25,575 bases of DNA from Candidatus Bathyarchaeota archaeon. GTDB lineage: Archaea > Thermoproteota > Bathyarchaeia > 40CM-2-53-6 > RBG-13-38-9. Positions 17,243-25,091 of the stretch are shown here, piece after piece (within the stretch, counting starts at the first letter, position 1; each line of letters opens with the position of its first letter). Under the pieces are notes generated by a model. It did not search any database. It worked only from the letters and a program-made list of their open reading frames with translations, and had not been told where the DNA came from. Location of the stretch: assembly GCA_023144075.1 (NCBI GenBank), contig JAGLGJ010000001.1, forward strand, positions 1 to 25,575, given 5' to 3'. Made by a program: the position numbers and the translations under genes.

Positions 17243-18430
17243 TCATAAGTTAAATTGTTCCAGCTGTTTGAGCACATACTGTCTTATCTGTTCTGGCTTC
17301 GGCATATCCTCAACAATCTTACCATTTCTTATTATTGGTTTAAGCATAGGATCGGTTGTCTCTCCACATACAGCACAGTTTGAAGCCTGATTATTAGCCA
17401 GAGATACTTTGTCAGTCATACATTTATTGCATCGCCACACTTGTTTCCTACCACTGAGTTTACCTCTCTTGGCGTCGGGTTTCCCATTCTTTTCTACGAT
17501 ATCTAAAGCAAAATCTATTGTCGGAGCATTACTAATGGAAGTTCCAACTCCAAATCCCACTGCTCCTGCATTAGATAGTTCTTTGATGTTGTTCTCATTC
17601 AATCCACCTGAAACGTAGATCTTTACTTTTTCGTATCCTCTTACATTGAGTTCCCATCTTACTTCTCGAATTAGTTCGGAGAAATCACCTCTTCTAGATG
17701 ATGGCGTATCAAGTCTAACTCCATGTAGTTTTCCTTTGAAGCTCTCTGCGGCCAGTATAGCTTCAGTTTTTTCGTCACTGTATGTATCTACTAAAGCAAT
17801 TCTAGGTATATCTTGAGGCATGACTTCATCGAAAGCCTTCCAAGCTTTGATTTGACTATCAAAAGATATGATGAGAGAATGAGGCATTGTTCCTATTGGC
17901 TCTTTATTGATTGTGTCAGCCCCAGATAGACTTGAAACTCCGTCTAAACCTCCGATATATGCTGCTCTATCAACCATTTTGGAAAGTCCTGGGTGGACTC
18001 TTCTTATACCAAAAGATATCACCATTTTGTCTGAAGCTGCTTTGCGAACTCTTGCTGCTTTTGTAGCTATACCTGAAGAATGACAGATTAACCCAAGAAG
18101 TGGGGTTTCAAGATGACAGAAATTCCTGTAATCTCCTTCAATGCTAAGGATAGGAAGACGTAAACCATTGACATCACGTTGTCTGAATATTGTTCCCTCG
18201 TTAAATGAATAGATATTTACAGGTAAATCTTCGAAAAGATATGCAATTTCATCAATACCACATAGTACAGCCCACGGCCAGGAATTAGGTAATGCGCCAG
18301 CTGTAGCCTCCATTACAACATCGATTTTTCCTACTTTTGCCGAAAGGATTTCTTTGGTCCTCATGAAGTAAACATCAGTTGTTCTCCCCTTCTTGATCTC
18401 TTCATCAGATGAAAGATGAAATCTTCCCAT
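17243..18430 (-). CDS. pncB: Nicotinate phosphoribosyltransferase
   Basis: TTDVYFMRT, SFGIRRVHP, GTMPHS, LVDTYSDE, GVRLDTP, SGGL, FGVGT and a C-terminal Zn ribbon. ATG at 18430 preferred. Confidence 0.92.
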   Translation of the reverse strand: MGRFHLSSDEEIKKGRTTDVYFMRTKEILSAKVGKIDVVMEATAGALPNSWPWAVLCGIDEIAYLFEDLPVNIYSFNEGTIFRQRDVNGLRLPILSIEGDYRNFCHLETPLLGLICHSSGIATKAARVRKAASDKMVISFGIRRVHPGLSKMVDRAAYIGGLDGVSSLSGADTINKEPIGTMPHSLIISFDSQIKAWKAFDEVMPQDIPRIALVDTYSDEKTEAILAAESFKGKLHGVRLDTPSSRRGDFSELIREVRWELNVRGYEKVKIYVSGGLNENNIKELSNAGAVGFGVGTSISNAPTIDFALDIVEKNGKPDAKRGKLSGRKQVWRCNKCMTDKVSLANNQASNCAVCGETTDPMLKPIIRNGKIVEDMPKPEQIRQYVLKQLEQFNL

Positions 18431-18503
18431 AACTAGATCATTTCCTCTCAGAACTTTGATTGAATTCAATTATCAATTAATTATCTAGAAGTCGAAAGGG
18501 CGA

Positions 18504-18516
18504 GGATGTTTAAATA
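18504..18516 (+). promoter_or_regulatory. Putative TATA-box region upstream of htpX (GGATGTTTAAATA)
   Basis: TTTAAATA about 44 nt upstream of the ATG; the identical 13-mer occurs upstream of rpl10e. Confidence 0.5.
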
Positions 18517-18559
18517 GATTAATCTTGGTTCTTTATCTTGCAAAAATAGTGATAAGATT

Positions 18560-19525
18560 ATGACTCTGCTGAAACTTCGCATGTCAATTATTGGAACAGT
18601 TGCATTATTGATAGCTATCTCAACATTATTTTTCACAATTATTTTAAGTATTGTTGGGGTCACAAATATTGTCGCCCTAATATTTTTCGTAATCTTATTC
18701 AACATAGTCCAATGGCTCCTAGCTCCTTATCTGATAAATTCAATGTATCAAACCAAAGAAGTGCCCAAATCAGATAAACTATACAGCATGGTTGCACGAC
18801 TTAGCCAGAAACTTGATCTTAAAATGCCAAAAGTCATGATAGCAAATATGCCTATTCCAAATGCATTTGCTTATGGTTCACCTATTGCAGGGAATAAGGT
18901 AGCAGTGACTAAAGGACTACTCAATGAACTTGAAGAAGAAGAGATCGAAGCAGTAGTTGGTCACGAGCTCGGCCACATAAAAAATAGAGATGTACAGGTA
19001 ATGATGTTTGCCTCAATATTACCAGCAATATTCTATTTTATTGGATTCTCATTCATGATGTCTTCATTTTATGGGGGAGCTAGACAAAGGCAAGGTGGAG
19101 GTGCAGCACCAATCCTTATCGGAATGGGTTGCATGGCAATTTATTGGATCCTGACACTTTTTACACTCGGTCTAAGTAGATTACGAGAATATTATGCCGA
19201 CAGAAGAAGCTGCTCTATTGTAGATGATGGACCACGGAAACTTTCAGAAGCATTGGCAAAGATTGTATCATCAAGTAGTAAGCTGAAACATAGCCGTAAA
19301 ACAAAAAGCAATCTTAACAGCTTCAAAGCTCTATTTATCGAAGATCCAGATAGCGCTGATCGAGACGAGGTTGCCATATCAGAAGCTAGAATGTTCAAAA
19401 CAGATCAACAGCTAGTGAATAAGATATTGGCAAAGAAGGTTAGCTCAACTGATAGGTTACTAGAATTATTGTCAACGCATCCAAATATAGTTAAGCGCAT
19501 CCAAACTTTACAGAAATTGCCTTAG
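18560..19525 (+). CDS. htpX: HtpX membrane zinc metalloprotease (M48)
   Basis: PNAFAYG, HELGH (HExxH), SRLREYYAD and STHP motifs with TM segments. Confidence 0.95.
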   Translation: MTLLKLRMSIIGTVALLIAISTLFFTIILSIVGVTNIVALIFFVILFNIVQWLLAPYLINSMYQTKEVPKSDKLYSMVARLSQKLDLKMPKVMIANMPIPNAFAYGSPIAGNKVAVTKGLLNELEEEEIEAVVGHELGHIKNRDVQVMMFASILPAIFYFIGFSFMMSSFYGGARQRQGGGAAPILIGMGCMAIYWILTLFTLGLSRLREYYADRRSCSIVDDGPRKLSEALAKIVSSSSKLKHSRKTKSNLNSFKALFIEDPDSADRDEVAISEARMFKTDQQLVNKILAKKVSSTDRLLELLSTHPNIVKRIQTLQKLP

Positions 19526-19547
19526 ATTCTCCTGTTCTCTCATTTTT

Positions 19548-20141
19548 TCAACTGATTTTCCCTATTGGAATTATATAAAGTGGTTTTTCTTCCGGATTGA
19601 GATTGAGAATCTGAACTACTTTTTCATCATGAAATGCTCCAACAGTGACAACCCCAAGATTAAGAGCGGTTGCTTGTAGACAGATATTTTGAGCAGCGTG
19701 TCCTACTTCTATGTGAACATATCTGACCCCACGGTCACCATATTTGCCAGTTGTCCGCTCATATATTGCCGTAATAACAATATTGATAGCGGCTTTTTCA
19801 ACCCAATCTTGTCCTAATGCAGCATCAGCAATATCAGATCTTTGGTCGCCATCAACAGTTTTCAGTAGATTATTTTCTATTGGCATATAATGATAAACTC
19901 CTGCTTCCAGACCTTCCACATCTCCAACAACCAAATACAATTCGAGAGGATAAAAACCCCCAGCAGAAGGCGCAGTTCTCAATCTTTTCTCATGTGTTAT
20001 ACCTTGAGCCGACCACAATATCTGTGATATCTCATCTAATGTTAATGGGTCCCCGCTATATTCTCTTGTTGACCTCCTTTTCAACAAAGCTTCTTCCATT
20101 GAAAAACTACTTTCATGTGATGGTTCAGGTAGAGATATCAA
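19548..20141 (-). CDS. SagB/ThcOx-type FMN nitroreductase-family oxidoreductase (core domain; hidden N-terminal anchor to about 20276-20280)
   Basis: RRSTREY, LSQILWSAQG-like helix, RTAPSAGGFYPLELY and EVGHAAQNICLQATALNLG..VGAF. Confidence 0.9.
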   Translation of the reverse strand: MISLPEPSHESSFSMEEALLKRRSTREYSGDPLTLDEISQILWSAQGITHEKRLRTAPSAGGFYPLELYLVVGDVEGLEAGVYHYMPIENNLLKTVDGDQRSDIADAALGQDWVEKAAINIVITAIYERTTGKYGDRGVRYVHIEVGHAAQNICLQATALNLGVVTVGAFHDEKVVQILNLNPEEKPLYIIPIGKIS

Positions 20142-20376
20142 AACATTTGAAATGAATGTTGAGGATGTATTTACTTGGTTTCCACCTTTATGCCAGAGTG
20201 CAGCATATAGTAATATTGAAATGAAGATGATTGATGAAATGAATATTATTCCAATTATTTTCCTTTTCGATTTTTTTCACCTCTCACTTGGTGATTATTG
20301 ATATAATCTAAAAATATGCTCTTTTCTAGGATTATTAGTTAGTATTTCATTTAACTTAGAAACAGTATAGGTCTAC

Positions 20377-20730
20377 TTAGGATTTCAAATACTCTATTAT
20401 TGCAGTAATTTCTTCAGGGGTTAAAACTTTACCCCATGATGGCATACCCTTTTCTGGTCTCCCCCTCTCGATCGCCGTTCTATTGACATTTTTTGCTGAT
20501 AAAGTGGGAGCTTGACTAGGTTTTTCGGGGAGCGGTACCATACGTTTCTCACCGTGGCATACAACACAGTTACCTTTGAACAATTCCTCTCCATTTATTA
20601 TTCCGGGTACAGATGTTGTAAATGACGGAGAATTTGATATTTCAGAATCAAATGAATCATAAAAACAGTAATAATATACAACTGACAACATTATGATACT
20701 AATTAAAACTACTATGGTTAACTGTCTCAT
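20377..20730 (-). CDS. Membrane-anchored monoheme class I cytochrome c
   Basis: N-terminal hydrophobic helix, S/T/P-rich linker, GEELF..NCVVCHG heme motif, distal Met in KGMPSW and a C-terminal EEITAIIEYL helix. Confidence 0.88.
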   Translation of the reverse strand: MRQLTIVVLISIIMLSVVYYYCFYDSFDSEISNSPSFTTSVPGIINGEELFKGNCVVCHGEKRMVPLPEKPSQAPTLSAKNVNRTAIERGRPEKGMPSWGKVLTPEEITAIIEYLKS

Positions 20731-20877
20731 CTATGACGCCACACTAGTGATAATACAATTAATTTTGAATTCTTACAATCATTTTAATATTTTTTAAATC
20801 TAGAAAATTTAAAGGAAACCAATAAACAAAAAAGGGGCTGTCATAATCTTTTTTCCTTCAATGGTTGAAAGTCCACA

Positions 20878-22101
20878 ATGAGAATTCTGATAGAATCACC
20901 TTTCTTATTGGCTGGAGATAACTTAGATCTCTTCAAGAATGCATATGTATTAATAGATAATGAACTGATTGCGGAAGTCGGAACTGGGGAAAGACCTCAA
21001 GCTGAGAAGAAAATCTCATTTAAAAACGAGTTAATCATTCCTGGTTTGATTAATGCTCATGTTCATATTGGAGACTCTGCATTCAAAGACCAAGGACTTG
21101 AAAAATCTGTTAGTGAACTCTTTAAACCTCCAAACGGTTTGAAACATAAGCTATTAGAACATACTGAAACAAAGATATTGGTACAAGCAGTAAAAGATAG
21201 CCTCAATGATATGTTGCGTTGTGGGACCACAACTTTTGCAGACTTTCGGGAAGGATCAATAAAAGGAGCACAAATACTACTTGAGGCCCTAAGAAATAAT
21301 AGCATAAGGGCTTTAATCTTGGGCCGTCCAGATCATGTTTTTAGTAAATCCCAAATAGAAAAAAATCAAGGTAAAATTCCATCAAATTCTCTAGCTCAAC
21401 TAAATGAATTGCTTGATTTGACACAAGGTCTAGCTCTAAGCAGTCCTAATGATATGACTGATGAAGCAATGCGACAACTTGCAGACCTTGCCATAAAATA
21501 TAACAAATTTAGAGCGATTCATGCCTCTGAAGCGCCGAATTCGAAAGATATCTCTGTTGAAAGAAGTGGTCTCACAGAGATAGAGAGGGCTATTAGATTT
21601 TTTAACGTTAACCTCCTCGTTCATTTGACCTATGCTTCGAGAGAAGATTTGGATAAAGTGGCTAAAGAAGAAACACCTGTTGTTATATGTCCAAGGGCAA
21701 ATGCGTCCCTAGGTCTAAAGCTCCCGCCTATTACCAAAATGCATGACCTTGGCATTACAGTGTGTTTAGGTACAGATAATGTAATGATTAATCAACCAAA
21801 TATGTTTAGAGAAATGGAATTCACTTTAAAGGCATATCGAATTGAGAGAGCTTCAAGCCAATATCCTAGCCCGAGAGATATCTTATGTATGGCTACGATT
21901 AATGGAGCCAGAGCCTTGGGGATAGGTCACAAAACAGGTTCCATAAAAGAAGGAAAATCAGCAGATCTTGCTATCATTAATATGAATAAAAATCTCAGAA
22001 ATGTTAATGATATTTACTCAGCACTTGTACACAGGACAGGAGCAGAAGATATTCTGACTGTTCTTTTGAGAGGCAAATTTTCTTATGGTTACAAAATATA
22101 G
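20878..22101 (+). CDS. Metal-dependent amidohydrolase (chlorohydrolase/nucleoside deaminase-like)
   Basis: PGLINAHVHIGD (HxH), IHASE (HxxE), LVH, CPRAN and LGTDN. Confidence 0.9.
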   Translation: MRILIESPFLLAGDNLDLFKNAYVLIDNELIAEVGTGERPQAEKKISFKNELIIPGLINAHVHIGDSAFKDQGLEKSVSELFKPPNGLKHKLLEHTETKILVQAVKDSLNDMLRCGTTTFADFREGSIKGAQILLEALRNNSIRALILGRPDHVFSKSQIEKNQGKIPSNSLAQLNELLDLTQGLALSSPNDMTDEAMRQLADLAIKYNKFRAIHASEAPNSKDISVERSGLTEIERAIRFFNVNLLVHLTYASREDLDKVAKEETPVVICPRANASLGLKLPPITKMHDLGITVCLGTDNVMINQPNMFREMEFTLKAYRIERASSQYPSPRDILCMATINGARALGIGHKTGSIKEGKSADLAIINMNKNLRNVNDIYSALVHRTGAEDILTVLLRGKFSYGYKI

Positions 22102-23305
22102 AATTGAATATTCTTCGATTCCATATTCTCATAATAAAATCGATGAAATATTGAATAAAGCTCGAGGTGGAGTACAACCGGAAAAAGATGAAGCTATTTT
22201 ATTAATCAAATCACATAGACGTGACCTCAGGAAGATAGTCTCAGCCGCATCCGATATTAGAGAAAAAGTAAAAGATCGGCAAATAACCTATTCAAAGAAT
22301 GTTTTCATACCTCTAACAAATATGTGTCGAAATGAATGCGCCTATTGTGGTTTCAGAAAAAACCCAACAGATCCTGAAGCTAGAATATTGACTACAGAAG
22401 AAATAATGAAAATTGTAAAAATTGGTGAAGAAGCTGGATGCAGAGAAGCCTTATTTGTTATGGGTGAGAGGCCAGAGGTTATCTATCCAAAAGCTAGAAG
22501 TCAATTGAAGAAATATGGTTATTCAACAATCATAGACTACCTTAAAGATATGTGTGAAATGGTAATTGAGAAAACACAACTTATACCACATAGCAATTTA
22601 GGAATTCTTAAAAAAGAAGAATTGAAAACTCTGAAACAGGTCAACGCAAGTTTAGGTTTGATGTTAGAGAGTTCAAGTATAAGACTATGTAATAATGGTG
22701 AACCACATCAACTTAGCCCTGGAAAAGATCCACGTCGAAGATTAGAAACAATAGAGAAAGCTGGAAGCCTCAAAATACCATTTACAACCGGCATTTTAAT
22801 AGGAATTGGCGAAACGCTCGACGAACGTATCGATTCATTATTTCACATAAAGCGATTAAATGACAAATACAACCACATTCAAGAATTAATAATTCAGAAC
22901 TTTAACTCACAACCTAATACAGCAATGCAGAATTATCCTGAACCTCAACTAGATGATATAGTAAAAACTATTGCTGTAAGCCGTATCATCTTTCAAGGAA
23001 GCATAAATATTCAGGCACCACCAAATCTGCTTCCTGGGACTTACAAATCAGTTTTGGAAGCAGGCATAAATGATTGGGGAGGAATTTCGAATATTACATA
23101 CGACCATATAAATCCACATGCGCCTTGGCCCGATATAGAAGATCTAAGGGCATTAACAATGAAGGCTGGTTTTAGTTTAAAGATGAGATTACCGGTTTAT
23201 CCAGAATATATAAGAAAAATTAGTGGATTTTTACCAAAGAAACTTAAACACAAGATTACATCACAAGTTGATGATGAGGGATTCGTGCGAGAGGACAAGT
23301 TTTGA
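22085..23305 (+). CDS. cofG: FO synthase subunit 1 (F420 biosynthesis, radical SAM)
   Basis: ITYSKNVFIPLTNMCRNECAYC, PFTTGILIGIGET, IQELIIQNF, IQAPPNL, GINDWGGIS, DHINP..PWP and RLPVYPEY. Confidence 0.93.
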   Translation: MVTKYRIEYSSIPYSHNKIDEILNKARGGVQPEKDEAILLIKSHRRDLRKIVSAASDIREKVKDRQITYSKNVFIPLTNMCRNECAYCGFRKNPTDPEARILTTEEIMKIVKIGEEAGCREALFVMGERPEVIYPKARSQLKKYGYSTIIDYLKDMCEMVIEKTQLIPHSNLGILKKEELKTLKQVNASLGLMLESSSIRLCNNGEPHQLSPGKDPRRRLETIEKAGSLKIPFTTGILIGIGETLDERIDSLFHIKRLNDKYNHIQELIIQNFNSQPNTAMQNYPEPQLDDIVKTIAVSRIIFQGSINIQAPPNLLPGTYKSVLEAGINDWGGISNITYDHINPHAPWPDIEDLRALTMKAGFSLKMRLPVYPEYIRKISGFLPKKLKHKITSQVDDEGFVREDKF

Positions 23306-24474
23306 AACAAGAAGCATTACACTGCTCTTTTTCTTTAGAATCACTGTTCAATGATATCTTAAAATCCGCGGATCCTTTAGTCTCAAAAATTTTTAATAAT
23401 GCTCTTGACGGAAAAGAGCTCTCAGAAAAGGATGCTCTAGAACTTTTCAAAACATCAAAAGTAGAACTGTTAATGCTTGGGCTAGTTGCTGATGAAATTA
23501 GACGAAGAACAGTAGGAGAGACCGTGACTTTTGTGATTAATCGCAACATCAATTTCACAAATATCTGTTCAAATCGATGTAAATTTTGTGCCTTTAGAAG
23601 GAACCAAAATGATCCTGATGCATACATATTATCAATAGAAGAAATAGTCAGAAGATCTGGAGAGGCATGGAGAAATGGTGCTACTGAGGTGTGTATTCAA
23701 GGTGGATTGAATCCAAATATCGAGGGATACTTTTATCCTAAGATCTGTGAAGCAATAAAGAAGAAGACACCGCATATTCATATTCACGCCTTCTCACCTA
23801 TGGAGATCGTCTTTGGAGCCAGAAAATCTCAATTAAATATCAGGGAATTTCTTAAGATGCTGAAAGAAGCTGGATTAGATAGCCTGCCTGGAACAGCTGC
23901 AGAGATACTTGATGACAATCTTAGAAGGACCATTTGTCCAGAAAAAATTGATGTCAAGACTTGGATTGATGTTATAAAAACTGCACATAATTTAGGAATT
24001 CCGACAACGTCTACTATGATGTATGGACATGTAGATGGACCTCAACAATGGGCAAATCATATTCGTACAATAAGGGATATTCAGAAGGAAACTAATGGAT
24101 TTACAGAATTTATACCCTTGAGTTTTGTTCATCCTAACACTGAATTATATAGAAGTGGGGGTGCCCGACCTGGAGCAACTGGAACCGAAGATGTAAAGGT
24201 ACACGCCATTTCAAGACTAATGTTGAACAAACATATCAAGAATATTCAAGTTTCATGGGTTAAACTGGGATCAAAGATGACTGAGATATGTCTGCTAGCT
24301 GGTGCAAATGATCTTGGTGGAACCTTGATGGAAGAGAATATTTCAAAAACTGCAGGAGCCACTACTGGCCAAAGAATGGAACGCTTAGAGATGGAGAAAA
24401 TGATTCGCAAAATTGGGCGAGTTCCTGCACAACGCGACACTACTTATAATATATTGAATTTCCAGAAAACTTGA
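23302..24474 (+). CDS. cofH: FO synthase subunit 2 (radical SAM)
   Basis: VTFVINRNINFTNICSNRCKFC, HIHAFSPMEI, PGTAAEIL, TSTMMYGHVD, NIQVSWVKLG and GANDLGGTLMEENIS; immediately after cofG. Confidence 0.9.
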   Translation: MKQEALHCSFSLESLFNDILKSADPLVSKIFNNALDGKELSEKDALELFKTSKVELLMLGLVADEIRRRTVGETVTFVINRNINFTNICSNRCKFCAFRRNQNDPDAYILSIEEIVRRSGEAWRNGATEVCIQGGLNPNIEGYFYPKICEAIKKKTPHIHIHAFSPMEIVFGARKSQLNIREFLKMLKEAGLDSLPGTAAEILDDNLRRTICPEKIDVKTWIDVIKTAHNLGIPTTSTMMYGHVDGPQQWANHIRTIRDIQKETNGFTEFIPLSFVHPNTELYRSGGARPGATGTEDVKVHAISRLMLNKHIKNIQVSWVKLGSKMTEICLLAGANDLGGTLMEENISKTAGATTGQRMERLEMEKMIRKIGRVPAQRDTTYNILNFQKT

Positions 24475-24538
24475 TCAAAATAGAAATAACATCAAAATCT
24501 ATGCATCTCATATTCGAAATCTCGGGGGATGCTTTTAA

Positions 24539-25054
24539 TTGAATAACTCAAATTGGACTTTATCAAGAAAGATAGCGGCAACCACAGTTTTAGCTGCAGC
24601 CGCAATAGTATTATCTCCTTTCTCTTTTCCAATTGGTCCAACAAAAATCTACCCTGCACAACATATGATCAATAGCATAAGTGGAGTTTTACTAGGTCCT
24701 TGGTACGCAATTTGTGTAGCTGTAATAGCTGGTATAGTTAGAAATGCGTTGGGAACAGGGACGATTTTTGCCTTTCCAGGAGGAATCCCAGGAGCACTAG
24801 TAGTTGGTATTGTTCATCGATATATTTGGAAAAAGAATTATGCAGCCCTTACAGAGCCGATAGGCACTACGTTTGGAGCAGTTATTAGCGCCTTATTAGT
24901 TTTGCCTATGGTTTTCAATCTTAACTTGTCAACTGTAGCCCTTTCCATGGAAGCTTTCATTATAGCTTTCCTGATTAGTAGCATACCAGGATCAATTCTT
25001 GGTTTCATAATATTAATGGTGCTATCAAAGAGAAGTAAATGGATGAATCTGTAG
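24539..25054 (+). CDS. thiW: ECF transporter S component ThiW (thiazole precursor)
   Basis: PAQHMINSISGVLLGPWY...R...GTGTIFAFPGGIPGA...ALTEPIGT...FLISSIPGS; TTG start after GGGGGA. Confidence 0.9.
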   Translation: MNNSNWTLSRKIAATTVLAAAAIVLSPFSFPIGPTKIYPAQHMINSISGVLLGPWYAICVAVIAGIVRNALGTGTIFAFPGGIPGALVVGIVHRYIWKKNYAALTEPIGTTFGAVISALLVLPMVFNLNLSTVALSMEAFIIAFLISSIPGSILGFIILMVLSKRSKWMNL

Positions 25055-25091
25055 CGCGACAGCTACTATAGATCTAGATAAGTGAAGAAAG

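Noticed and set aside
19548-20141. SagB/ThcOx gene as evidence of a thiazole/oxazole RiPP cluster
   Set aside because: No YcaO cyclodehydratase or precursor peptide is nearby; stand-alone SagB-type nitroreductases are common in archaea.
20148-20243. 9-mer TGAAATGAA occurring three times
   Set aside because: It encodes F-I-S in the hydrophobic leader on the minus strand. This is low-complexity coding sequence with irregular spacing, not an array.
20857-20869. Small inverted repeat TTCAA-TGG-TTGAA just upstream of the amidohydrolase ATG
   Set aside because: 5-bp arms are expected by chance in AT-rich DNA, and I noticed no second copy.
474-24440. Short antisense or overlapping ORFs in the track (e.g. 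474-725, 1849-2124, 2918-3220, 3869-4201, 5614-5994, 11416-11694, 15275-15685, 19817-20155, 23256-23627)
   Set aside because: They are shadows of well-supported genes on the opposite strand or in another frame, with no recognisable motifs.
24475-24538. Possible TPP riboswitch upstream of thiW
   Set aside because: The gap is only 64 nt and lacks the CTGAGA and ATACC-type core; GGGGGA is better explained as an SD.
145-25054. Genome-wide TAG recoding (pyrrolysine or reassignment) to explain the rps27e-aIF2alpha frame
   Set aside because: TAG ends apparently full-length rps27e, csl4, rpoF, htpX and thiW, and no conserved gene here has an internal TAG.
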